Below are positions 48,962 through 57,281 of a stretch of DNA of 64,000 nt, one piece after another. Source of the stretch: Rickettsiales bacterium (GTDB lineage Bacteria; Pseudomonadota; Alphaproteobacteria; Rickettsiales; UBA3002); NCBI GenBank assembly GCA_028281385.1, contig JANQJY010000049.1:507-64506 (forward strand), read 5' to 3'. Within the stretch, counting starts at the first letter, position 1, and every line of letters starts with the position of its first letter. The translations under genes and the position numbers were made by a program. Under the pieces are notes generated by a model, which was not told the DNA's origin, searched no databases, and was given only the letters and a program-made list of their open reading frames with translations.

Positions 48962-51170
48962 AGATATTATTGCCGATGCAAAAGCATACACCGAAGCCGG
49001 ACTCTCTGTTTTTCCTCTACGAGAACGCAGTAAAGAACCGTTTGGCAAATGGAAAGAGTATGATGCTAAGGCCGATGATTACGGGAGCTTTAATAGCGCT
49101 AGTAACATCGGCGTTAAATTAGGTGAGCCAAGTGGCGGCTTAATTGATATCGATTGTGACTGGGAGACTTTTAGTCTGCTGGCAAGTAAGTTTTTAGCAC
49201 ATTTGCCCAGTTTTGGTCGTGCATCCTCTCGCCACAGCCATCGTGTGTTTTTTGCCAATGAATCGGATAATTTTAAAACGGTGCAGTTAAAGCTCCCGTC
49301 TGTATGTAAAGATGACCCGCGGTTGCCTACCGAACACACTCTATGTGTGGCAGAATTTCGGGGGACAGGCGCTTACACCATGTTTCCGCGCTCGGTGCAT
49401 CCTAACGGGGAAGAGCTAGCGTGGGAAACACCAGATGGTGCAATGCCGGAAATCCCCACTTTTGCATATGACGCTATTTTAAAGCATGTTCGTGTCTTGG
49501 CGTTTTTATCGGTTATACTGCAATGCTATCCGGGAAAAGGATCGCGTGATGAAATGCACTTTAAATTGGCTGGTGTTTTAGCGCGCGCAGGTGCCCCTTC
49601 CGATGAGATTGATCGCATTAACCTGACATTGGCTAAATTAGCGAAAGACGACGAAGCAGAAATGCGCGCTAAGGGACAAGATGCCGTTGCTCGCGTAAAT
49701 GCGGGTGAGCCTGTGGCAAGTATGGCCTCGCTAATTGAAACGTTAGGCCTGCCTGATGCCTGCATCGCCTGCTTTAATGGCTGGCTTGGTATTTCGGGAT
49801 CACATGACGATAAGGTGCGTGCACACCCCTCTATGCCATATCCTACTGCCGAACAATTTCGCCAAAGCAAATATCCCGATGCCATGCACCATAACGGCAG
49901 TTATCTGGTCTATGATGGCGCAAGTTATCGGGAGTATGAGGATGATACCGTTAGGTCGACCCTGTATAAATATCTTGCGAAGGCCGTCTATGAGCATGAC
50001 GGGGTCCTTGTACCGTACAATCCGAATGCAGCAAGGGTGAGTAATGTGATTGATTCGTTTAAAGGCATTATGCATCGCTCGACCGGATTATACCAGCCGC
50101 CATGCTGGCTCAAGAGCATGGAAGGTCTACCGCCTGCAAATGAGATCGTCGCCTGCCAGAATGGCTTGCTACATTTGCCTACAGGTGAATTGTTACCGCC
50201 AACACCTAACTTTTTTACACGTAATGCGCTGGGATTTGATTATGACCCTGGTGCACCGCTACCAAAAAAGTTTAGAGCGTTTCTTGATGACATATGGCCT
50301 AACGACAGCGATTCGATAGGCGTCTTGCAGGAAATGTTTGGTTATCTGCTGGTAGCAGATACATCGCAGCAGAAGATTTTTCTGATCGTTGGCCCCCCTA
50401 GATCGGGCAAAGGCACGTTAATTCGTGTTCTGACGAAACTTGTGGGCGAGCATAACACCGTGGCACCCAGTCTAAACTCGCTAAGTAGCGATTTTGGGAT
50501 GCAAGGGCTGATCGGTAAGCTGATGGCAACGGTGAGCGATGTTCGCATTAGCAACAAAGCAAATGCCACAGCTATATCGGAAAATCTACTGCGCATCTCC
50601 GGCGAAGATAAGGTCGAGGTAAATCGCAAATATAAGAACGCATGGGAGGGGTATCTGAAAGTGCGTTTTGTGATTATGACCAACGAAGTCCCACAATTCG
50701 CCGATAACAGTGGTGCATTAGCCAAGCGGTTTGTACCGTTAGTGATGCGCCATAGCTTTTTCGGTAAAGAAAACCCAAACCTGACCAATGAGCTGCTTGA
50801 AGAATTGCCTGGAATCCTGAACTGGGCAATCGAGGGGTGGCGGCGATTAAATGAGCGTGGGCATTTTGTGGTGCCTGAGTCTGCCACTGAATTAGTCGAT
50901 AGTTTGACGACACTGGCCTCGCCTATATCGGCATTTGTGGCTGAATGCTGCGAACAGGGAAGCGGCTATACTGTCCGAAAAGAGGCTTTATATGAGATTT
51001 GGTGTAAATGGTGTATAACAGAAGGCGATATGCGTCCCGGCACATCAGCCACCTTCGGTCGCAATTTGATGTCGCTGGGCGGTATCGACACCGACCGCGA
51101 AACGGGTGGGGAAAGAAAGAACCTCTACACCGGCATTAAACTGAAGGATAATCCTTACGATGCGTCTTAA
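48954..51170 (+). CDS. Prim-Pol primase fused to a D5/P4-family SF3 helicase
   Basis: N-terminal VFPL...NIGVKLG...DIDCD...PRSVHPNG; C-terminal GPPRSGKGT Walker A, ISGED, MTNEVP, GILNWAIEG; start at ATG 48954. Confidence 0.93.
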   Translation: MSRDIIADAKAYTEAGLSVFPLRERSKEPFGKWKEYDAKADDYGSFNSASNIGVKLGEPSGGLIDIDCDWETFSLLASKFLAHLPSFGRASSRHSHRVFFANESDNFKTVQLKLPSVCKDDPRLPTEHTLCVAEFRGTGAYTMFPRSVHPNGEELAWETPDGAMPEIPTFAYDAILKHVRVLAFLSVILQCYPGKGSRDEMHFKLAGVLARAGAPSDEIDRINLTLAKLAKDDEAEMRAKGQDAVARVNAGEPVASMASLIETLGLPDACIACFNGWLGISGSHDDKVRAHPSMPYPTAEQFRQSKYPDAMHHNGSYLVYDGASYREYEDDTVRSTLYKYLAKAVYEHDGVLVPYNPNAARVSNVIDSFKGIMHRSTGLYQPPCWLKSMEGLPPANEIVACQNGLLHLPTGELLPPTPNFFTRNALGFDYDPGAPLPKKFRAFLDDIWPNDSDSIGVLQEMFGYLLVADTSQQKIFLIVGPPRSGKGTLIRVLTKLVGEHNTVAPSLNSLSSDFGMQGLIGKLMATVSDVRISNKANATAISENLLRISGEDKVEVNRKYKNAWEGYLKVRFVIMTNEVPQFADNSGALAKRFVPLVMRHSFFGKENPNLTNELLEELPGILNWAIEGWRRLNERGHFVVPESATELVDSLTTLASPISAFVAECCEQGSGYTVRKEALYEIWCKWCITEGDMRPGTSATFGRNLMSLGGIDTDRETGGERKNLYTGIKLKDNPYDAS

Positions 51171-51176
51171 TTACCC

Positions 51177-51282
51177 GTCCTAGTTGTCTTGGTAAAATGC
51201 TTATTGTTTCGATTGCCAATTATGAATGTAATATTCGGTAAAAAGCGAGAGTAGAATAAGAAATTACCGGGACAACTAGGAC
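51177..51282. repeat. 19-bp inverted repeat after the primase gene (candidate element origin)
   Basis: GTCCTAGTTGTCTTGGTAA (51177-51195) / TTACCGGGACAACTAGGAC (51264-51282), 2 mismatches, AT-rich spacer. Confidence 0.6.
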
Positions 51283-51736
51283 CCCTCCTTCTTGCAATTC
51301 CAAAGAATGTGATGAATGTGATAATTTTCTTATCGCGCACGGGCGCGATGAGGCGATTTAGAATTGAAACGATTGAAATTTTTATCCTTATGCATACGCG
51401 CATGTGAAGAACATGAAGATTTCTTCATCACGCGCGGGATGCACGTCTTGTTTTTTTCTACCATCCTGCCCACCCCCGCATCTTCGCGTTGACACTCTCC
51501 GATATGAGCGTATCTTTCTAGCTAGAGCTATCGAAGGTAGCTTTGGGGCTTCAAACCTCATCTGGGCGGCTGACATCAGCCGTAATGATGTCGCCTTTTC
51601 GACCTTATGGCCGGGAGGCGACAATGTATGTCCAATGCCTCGCGGCTAAAGATTGTCGCGATCATCCCAGATGATTTTGAACTCCCGGCTACCAGTCTTA
51701 GGGCTGGTGGTCGCTTGTTTAGATACGGAGAAAAGA

Positions 51737-52543
51737 ATGATCACGCTACAGGAAATACTGAATCTAAAAACTGACCGATTTCACAACGCTAAAGTAAAGC
51801 TAGTGCGACACAAAGACAGTCGCGCCGAATACCGCGATCTGATACGCAACAGGTCGGGACTCCTGGAATATCAACGAGAACAGGCCAAGGCGGTTTTTAA
51901 GGGGTGTAGCTACATTATCGCCTTTGTTGGGCTTGAGAGACGCCGCTCTGTCCTTTTCGGCGTGTTTTCTGTCGATGGCGTGACCCAACGCGACGGTATG
52001 TATTATTATGACCTGACCCATCTGCCTGAATGCGCTGACCTTGAGAACCGCATCATAATTGATTGGGGTGGTAGTGCACAGGCATGGCACCAATGGTATG
52101 ATGCGCAATCGAAAGAGGTGGTTGAGATATTACCAGCGGGCTACCTCGGCAACTTTCCTGGGCTGCTGGATTTTGTGCTGGATTACGATGAATTGAAGCG
52201 GCTGATCGACAATCCCGAAGCGAACCATGATTGGAAGCATCACCTCTCTGCTGTTAACGGTATCTACCTGATCCTCGATACCCAAACCGGCATGCAGTAT
52301 ATCGGTTCTGCCAACGGTAAAGAAGGCATCTGGCAGCGCTGGGGCGAGTATGCAGCCAGCAAACATGGTGGCAATAAAGAGTTAATAGCATCGCTGGAGA
52401 CTGACCCAAACTATCAGCGACACTTCCGCTATTCGATCCTGCAAACACTTCCCAGTAACATTACAAAAACCGAAATTGATAAGATCGAAAGCCTTTATAA
52501 AAAGAAATTTGGTTCCAAGGCACACGGGCTGAATAGGAATTAA
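51737..52543 (+). CDS. GIY-YIG nuclease family protein
   Basis: C-terminal GIYLILD...QYIGSA...IWQRW..Y...E..YK...LNRN; GGAG RBS before the ATG at 51737. Confidence 0.9.
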   Translation: MITLQEILNLKTDRFHNAKVKLVRHKDSRAEYRDLIRNRSGLLEYQREQAKAVFKGCSYIIAFVGLERRRSVLFGVFSVDGVTQRDGMYYYDLTHLPECADLENRIIIDWGGSAQAWHQWYDAQSKEVVEILPAGYLGNFPGLLDFVLDYDELKRLIDNPEANHDWKHHLSAVNGIYLILDTQTGMQYIGSANGKEGIWQRWGEYAASKHGGNKELIASLETDPNYQRHFRYSILQTLPSNITKTEIDKIESLYKKKFGSKAHGLNRN

Positions 52544-52563
52544 TAAGCTCTGGTAGAACTTAT

Positions 52564-52884
52564 TTAATAAGTGCCTGTAGCTTTGCGCGTATCTATCTCT
52601 TCTGCAGCTATTTTAATTGCCTCATCAAAAACACTGTCTTCAATTGTATCGCCATCAAGTAGTGCATCAACAATTAAGCTCGCAAGTGATTCGCTTGTGA
52701 TGGCTCGGTCATGGTCTAAAAAATAATCACCCGCAGCTTTACGCGCATTTATCTCTTCTGCAGCTATCTCAATAGCAAAACTAGCATCTTTGTTTTTCAT
52801 CATATCAGCTTCTATAATTCTTTTAATTATCAAACTGGCCAGATTTTCGCTAGAAAGAGGCTTATTTTCTTGATCTTTACTCAT
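52564..52884 (-). CDS. Putative immunity protein made of two tandem ~50-aa repeats
   Basis: SENLASLI...AIEIAAEEINARKAAGDY / SESLASLI...AIKIAAEEIDTRKATGTY; acidic; overlaps the toxin stop. Confidence 0.7.
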   Translation of the reverse strand: MSKDQENKPLSSENLASLIIKRIIEADMMKNKDASFAIEIAAEEINARKAAGDYFLDHDRAITSESLASLIVDALLDGDTIEDSVFDEAIKIAAEEIDTRKATGTY

Positions 52885-54439
52885 AGTTCTTTCTCTGTTT
52901 TGGAAATTTTATTTTTCTATACGGCACGCCCTTAACATCTAGATCCACTGCGGGTTCTCCACTTTTTGATTTGGGGCGTTTGCCTACCCAATCACCATTT
53001 GGCAAACGTTTTCCTTCACCTGGATAATTTTTAGGGGTATCTGGTTTGCCTCTTCCGAACTTGTCATATAGTTCGTCTGCTGCTTTCTGGCCACCTTTTT
53101 CCTCTCGATATTCAGGACGCCTTCCCGGTCTTCCAATTGGTTTTCCACCCGGAATTATAACATCTTTTGGGTTTGGTGGTTTTCGGAAAATACTCCCCAC
53201 TGCAACACCAATCCGCGCGATGCCTCCGACAACGATTCGTCCTAAGGCAGCGACACCGCCGATCAGTGCTTCCGGATAAACCGGTTCAGCGCGGCCAGAT
53301 GGGTCGACCTCGCTCGGCAGGCGCGGTAGCTCTGTCAGTGGTTCAGCGTAACAGCGACAATTGAATTCTTCGCCCGGATGGCCGGTGGACGGCGGCTCAT
53401 CCCACGCAAAAATTCTATCGTCATTCTCAGCATGACTGCCGCGGACTTTTTCATCATCCATCGACCGCCAGACATAATGCGTCACATCTGCTTCTCTTTG
53501 ACGTATCTCACTCAGCTTACCGTTAAAGTGCAGCGCCAGCATTTCAACACGGTCGGGAATGGTCACATCCTGCCAAGTCTGTAACGCATCTTGCATATGG
53601 TCCACTATTTGCTCACTGTTCCTACCTTGCCTGACGAGTTTATTTAGCTCTTTGTCGATAAATCTCCTTGTGCCGTTCTCGATGATATCAACCGCCAGAT
53701 CGGTAAATGCATCGCTAGCTTCCGGCATGACTTCCGATTCGGAGACAATCGATTTATTCCCTAGTAACTGCCCTTGTATTTCGGCATTGATTTGCTGAAT
53801 TTCCTCGGCGATGCGTCTGGCATTTTCTTTCAGAGGAAAGGCGATCTCGGGCAGCAGTTCTTCCGTCGTCATCTGGTCAAAACGCTGACGGATCGGTTGG
53901 ACAATATAATCGGGCGTGTGAATGTCTGCTGTAGAGATGTTCAGGCTATTTAAAAGAGTTGCCTGCGCTTTTCGTCTGCGTTTGGCTTTATCGCGCAGCA
54001 ATTCGTTATCCGTATCGGGAAGCGAGTTATGGAGAATTTCCCACAGCGCATCTTTCAGTTGCTGCTTTGCCAGTACGGTATCACCCTGGCGTTTTGCCTC
54101 AACATACGCATGTATATTGGCATAAAAATCGGTTGTTTCATCGACCAGCGCAGAATCTTCGTAATATAAAAACGCAATCGCCAATCGTTCATTGAGCAAC
54201 AAATCATCCCAGATCGCGCCATACAACACCGTTTCTAGTTGGCCGTCATCGCTATCCAGTTCCTGTTTATACTGCTGCTTCTCAGTCGTTTTAGACAAGT
54301 GCGTGCTGTGCGGCAGAAAACTGATGATTAGTTCATCACGCATCCGGTGGTAGGTTTGTATATCGTGTAATGATGTGCTGGGCTTAAGCTTGCGGGCCTC
54401 TGTCCGTAATTCCCGTATTTGTGTAACGTCATATCTCAT
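52877..54439 (-). CDS. MuF (phage head morphogenesis, SPP1 gp7-like) protein with C-terminal toxin-like extension
   Basis: MuF core YVWRSMDDEKVRGSH...HPGEEFNCRC (~53340-53485), Gly-rich hydrophobic linker, ~100-aa basic tip; start at ATG 54439 or TTG 54466. Confidence 0.85.
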   Translation of the reverse strand: MRYDVTQIRELRTEARKLKPSTSLHDIQTYHRMRDELIISFLPHSTHLSKTTEKQQYKQELDSDDGQLETVLYGAIWDDLLLNERLAIAFLYYEDSALVDETTDFYANIHAYVEAKRQGDTVLAKQQLKDALWEILHNSLPDTDNELLRDKAKRRRKAQATLLNSLNISTADIHTPDYIVQPIRQRFDQMTTEELLPEIAFPLKENARRIAEEIQQINAEIQGQLLGNKSIVSESEVMPEASDAFTDLAVDIIENGTRRFIDKELNKLVRQGRNSEQIVDHMQDALQTWQDVTIPDRVEMLALHFNGKLSEIRQREADVTHYVWRSMDDEKVRGSHAENDDRIFAWDEPPSTGHPGEEFNCRCYAEPLTELPRLPSEVDPSGRAEPVYPEALIGGVAALGRIVVGGIARIGVAVGSIFRKPPNPKDVIIPGGKPIGRPGRRPEYREEKGGQKAADELYDKFGRGKPDTPKNYPGEGKRLPNGDWVGKRPKSKSGEPAVDLDVKGVPYRKIKFPKQRKNYE

Positions 54440-54525
54440 GAACGAGAGGATACATTGGAGTTGCAACGCTCGGAAGGGGCGGAATGTGACTTTTGGGGAT
54501 TTTTATTAAAAGATACGCGTGAAGC

Positions 54526-54602
54526 TGGTGGTCCCGGCGGGATTCGAACCCACGGCTTCCAGATTAGGAATCTGGCACTCTATCCAGCTGAGTTACGGGA
54601 CC
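54526..54602 (-). tRNA. tRNA-Arg(CCT), element-borne complete copy
   Basis: GGTCCCGTAACTCAGCTGGATAGAGTGCCAGATTCCTAATCTGGAAGCCGTGGGTTCGAATCCCGCCGGGACCACCA: all four stems pair, CCA encoded. Confidence 0.95.
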
Positions 54603-54618
54603 AGTTTGTTGCTTCTCT

Positions 54619-54638
54619 ACCTTGCTATCGCCTTGCTA
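54619..54638 (+). repeat. Integrase arm-type repeat, right copy
   Basis: ACCTTGCTATCGCCTTGCTA, identical to 45128-45147. Confidence 0.8.
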
Positions 54639-54710
54639 TTCCCATTTTTGCGTTTTTTATACTCTTGATTCCTAACCTACATCAAACAGTTCTGCGGCCC
54701 CAACCCTGGC

Positions 54711-54750
54711 ATTAGGAATCTGATGCTCTATCCTGCTGAGCTACGGGGAC
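54711..54750 (-). pseudogene. 5' half of the host tRNA-Arg(CCT), split by integration (att junction)
   Basis: Minus strand GTCCCCGTAGCTCAGCAGGATAGAGCATCAGATTCCTAAT; its GTCCCCG and TCAGA strands pair with CGGGGAC and TCTGA of the half at 44963-45008. Confidence 0.95.
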
Positions 54751-54930
54751 GTGATCTTTCCGTAATTTCCTCAAGATAATCAGCTATAGCCACATCTGCC
54801 AACCAATTTAACAGGCGATTGGCTGTGTTTTGTATAATGCATGGTTTCTGTTGCGTGATTGTGAATTTCTTATGTATGTTGCAAATACATAATTATTATG
54901 CGGTAAAAGAAAGAGCATGAGGTCATTACC

Positions 54931-55779
54931 ATGAAGCCATTGCCTAACCTCAAGGTCGGCATTGCCCAGATCGCACCGGAAAGGATGGACATTGAGTCCA
55001 ATATTAAAAAGCATGAAGCCTTTATCAAAAAGGCGGCGAAAGAGGGGGTCGAGCTGCTTATATTTCCGGAACTGTCGCTGACGGGCTATGAATTTGACCA
55101 GAATTTTCCGGATCTCGCGATACCGCATGACAGTGAGCTATTGACCGGTCTTTCCAATATTGCGCCACAGATGCGTATTATCGTCGGTTTTGTCGAGGAG
55201 TCGGATTCCTCCCTGTTTTATAACTCTGCGGCAAAGCTTTACGATGGTGCGGTGGATTTCATTCATCGTAAAATCAATTTACCGACCTATGGAGATTTAT
55301 ATGAAGATAAATGGTTTTCAGAAGGACGGAAAATCGAAAGCTTTATCGTCGATCACTGGCGTGCGGGAATATTGATCTGTGCCGATCTGTGGAATCCGGC
55401 ACTGGTGCATCTGGTCGCTCTGCATGGAGCGAAGCTGCTGATTGCTCCGATGAACTCCGCAGATGCAAGCGTGGACTTTGATAATCAAAGTAACTGGAGG
55501 CGTGCCATGTCCTTTTATTCCTTCATTTACGGGATGCCTTCGATTATGGCAAACCGTGTGGGAACGGAGGGAGATAAAAAATTCTGGGGCCGCTCCTGTA
55601 TTTACGGTCCGTATGGTGATTTGCTTGCGGAGGGTGCAAAATATGAAGAGGATCTGGTGATCGGGGAAATTAAATGGTCTGTCGTCAAGCGGGCCCGATT
55701 CAACCTGCCAACCCTGCGCGATGCCAATTTTTCGCTGGTGCTGAGAGAAATGAAACGGCTGGACCAGCTTCTGACATGA
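54931..55779 (+). CDS. Nitrilase/carbon-nitrogen hydrolase family protein
   Basis: Catalytic triad motifs FPELS, HRKINLP, LICADLW. Confidence 0.92.
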   Translation: MKPLPNLKVGIAQIAPERMDIESNIKKHEAFIKKAAKEGVELLIFPELSLTGYEFDQNFPDLAIPHDSELLTGLSNIAPQMRIIVGFVEESDSSLFYNSAAKLYDGAVDFIHRKINLPTYGDLYEDKWFSEGRKIESFIVDHWRAGILICADLWNPALVHLVALHGAKLLIAPMNSADASVDFDNQSNWRRAMSFYSFIYGMPSIMANRVGTEGDKKFWGRSCIYGPYGDLLAEGAKYEEDLVIGEIKWSVVKRARFNLPTLRDANFSLVLREMKRLDQLLT

Positions 55780-57275
55780 TGAGATTCGTTCCCGCATCTC
55801 TTAAAAACCTGCTGCGCGCGCCTCAGCTGATTGTTCTGACGGTGGCGGTGCTCGGTGTGTTAATGCCCGATACGCTGGTGCGGGTGGTGGAAGAGGTGAC
55901 GCTGACATTCATCGCCCATTTCGACTGGCTGATTCTGCTGGTCTCCAGTTTTTTTCTGTTTCTGTGCGTCTATATCATGTTCAGCCGTTTTGCTCCGATC
56001 ACACTCGGTGAAGACGGAGAAGCGCCTCACTATGATACCTTTTCCTGGCTGGCTATGCTGTTCGCTGCCGGTATGGGTTCGGGACTGGTGTTTTGGGGTG
56101 CGGCCGAACCGATACAGCATATGTTCTATCCTCCGGATGCAACAGTGGCGGCGGGCAGCAAGGAAGCCGCTCTTCAGGCACTGCGTGTGATCGGTCTGCA
56201 CTGGGCGCTGCATCCGTGGGGCATTTATGCCATGGCTGCGCTGAGCATCGCCTATTTCTGTTTCCGCAAAGACCAGCCCATGCTTCCCAGCGCGCCGATG
56301 CGCGCAGCGAAGGGAAGCAAGTGGCAGTGGCAGGAGCGCACCGTCGATGCCCTGGCGTTGCTGGCAGTGGTGTTCGGTGTTGTCGCATCGCTGGGCCAGG
56401 GGGTCTTGCAGGTGGCCAGCGGCTGGCATATGTGGATGGGGTGGGGTGCTCCGCAATGGCCCAGCTATCTGACGGTAACGGTGATCTTGAGCGGATGTTA
56501 CATGTTGTCGGCCGCTGGCGGTATCGGCAAAGGAATCAAACCGCTGAGTGATCTGAACATGATACTATGTCTGCTGCTGCTGCTGTTTGTGCTGATCACC
56601 GGCCCGACCGTGCCGTTGTTGCAGACATTCGTGACATCCGTGGGCGACTATCTGACTCATCTTATCCCGCTGTCCTTTACGCTCCGTCAGTGGAGCGGGG
56701 GACTGGAATGGACGCAGCAATGGACCCTGACCTATTTTCTGTGGTGGATTGCCTGGGGACCGTTTGTCGGCGTATTTGTTGCCCGTATCAGTCGTGGGCG
56801 CAGCATTCGGCAGTTTCTGCTTGGTGTATTACTCGTCCCGGCGGTTTTCTCCATTTTCTGGTTTGCCGTATTGGGAGGAAACGCCTTGCTGCTGGCGATG
56901 GGTGGCGATTCGGCATTAGTGCAGACTGCGACCGCGGATTATTCCATGGCAACCTATGCCATGCTGGATCGGCTTCCTCTGGCGGAGTTAACCAAACCGC
57001 TCACGCTGATGCTGGTGTTTATTTTTCTGGTTACCAGTGCTGACAGTGCCTCTTATGTGTTGGGGATGTTCAGCGCACGCGGCGATGCCCATCCGCCCGC
57101 CAGCCTGCGGTTATTCTGGGGAGGTATCATTGCGCTGCTTCTCGGATGGACGCTGTTCACAGGAAAAGGGATTGCCATCATGCGCAGCTTTGCAGCGCTG
57201 GGTGCCATTCCCTTCATGTTTATCATGGTCTGGCAGGCAGGGTGCCTGCTGCGAAGCCTGCAGCAATCCAGGTAG
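55776..57275 (+). CDS. BCCT-family transporter
   Basis: WLAMLFAAGMGSG..FWGAAEP, HWALHPW, WWIAWGPFVGVFVARISRGR; start at ATG 55776 overlapping the upstream stop. Confidence 0.95.
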   Translation: MMRFVPASLKNLLRAPQLIVLTVAVLGVLMPDTLVRVVEEVTLTFIAHFDWLILLVSSFFLFLCVYIMFSRFAPITLGEDGEAPHYDTFSWLAMLFAAGMGSGLVFWGAAEPIQHMFYPPDATVAAGSKEAALQALRVIGLHWALHPWGIYAMAALSIAYFCFRKDQPMLPSAPMRAAKGSKWQWQERTVDALALLAVVFGVVASLGQGVLQVASGWHMWMGWGAPQWPSYLTVTVILSGCYMLSAAGGIGKGIKPLSDLNMILCLLLLLFVLITGPTVPLLQTFVTSVGDYLTHLIPLSFTLRQWSGGLEWTQQWTLTYFLWWIAWGPFVGVFVARISRGRSIRQFLLGVLLVPAVFSIFWFAVLGGNALLLAMGGDSALVQTATADYSMATYAMLDRLPLAELTKPLTLMLVFIFLVTSADSASYVLGMFSARGDAHPPASLRLFWGGIIALLLGWTLFTGKGIAIMRSFAALGAIPFMFIMVWQAGCLLRSLQQSR

Positions 57276-57281
57276 CATTAT

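Larger units (their letters stand above)
45000..54719. mobile_element. Integrated phage-satellite-like (P4/PICI-like) element, 9711 bp between att cores
   Basis: ATTAGGAAT direct repeat at 45000-45008 and 54711-54719, each joined to one tRNA half; tyrosine integrase, AlpA/Xis, primase-helicase; no virion structural operon. Confidence 0.92.

Noticed and set aside
44963-54602. Conventional reading: intact tRNA at 54526-54602 as one att site and 44963-45008 as its duplicated 3' end
   Set aside because: The fragment differs from the intact tRNA in the acceptor, anticodon and T stems, and pairs instead with the 5' half at 54711-54750. The right arm repeat lies beyond the intact tRNA, which places that tRNA inside the element.
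45009-54710. Group I intron in tRNA-Arg(CCT), as known from some Alphaproteobacteria
   Set aside because: The insert is 9.7 kb, duplicates a 9-bp core, encodes an integrase and has genes on both strands; no intron core was recognised.
45000-54719. Complete prophage or ICE
   Set aside because: No terminase, portal, capsid, tail, lysis, relaxase or T4SS genes were recognised.
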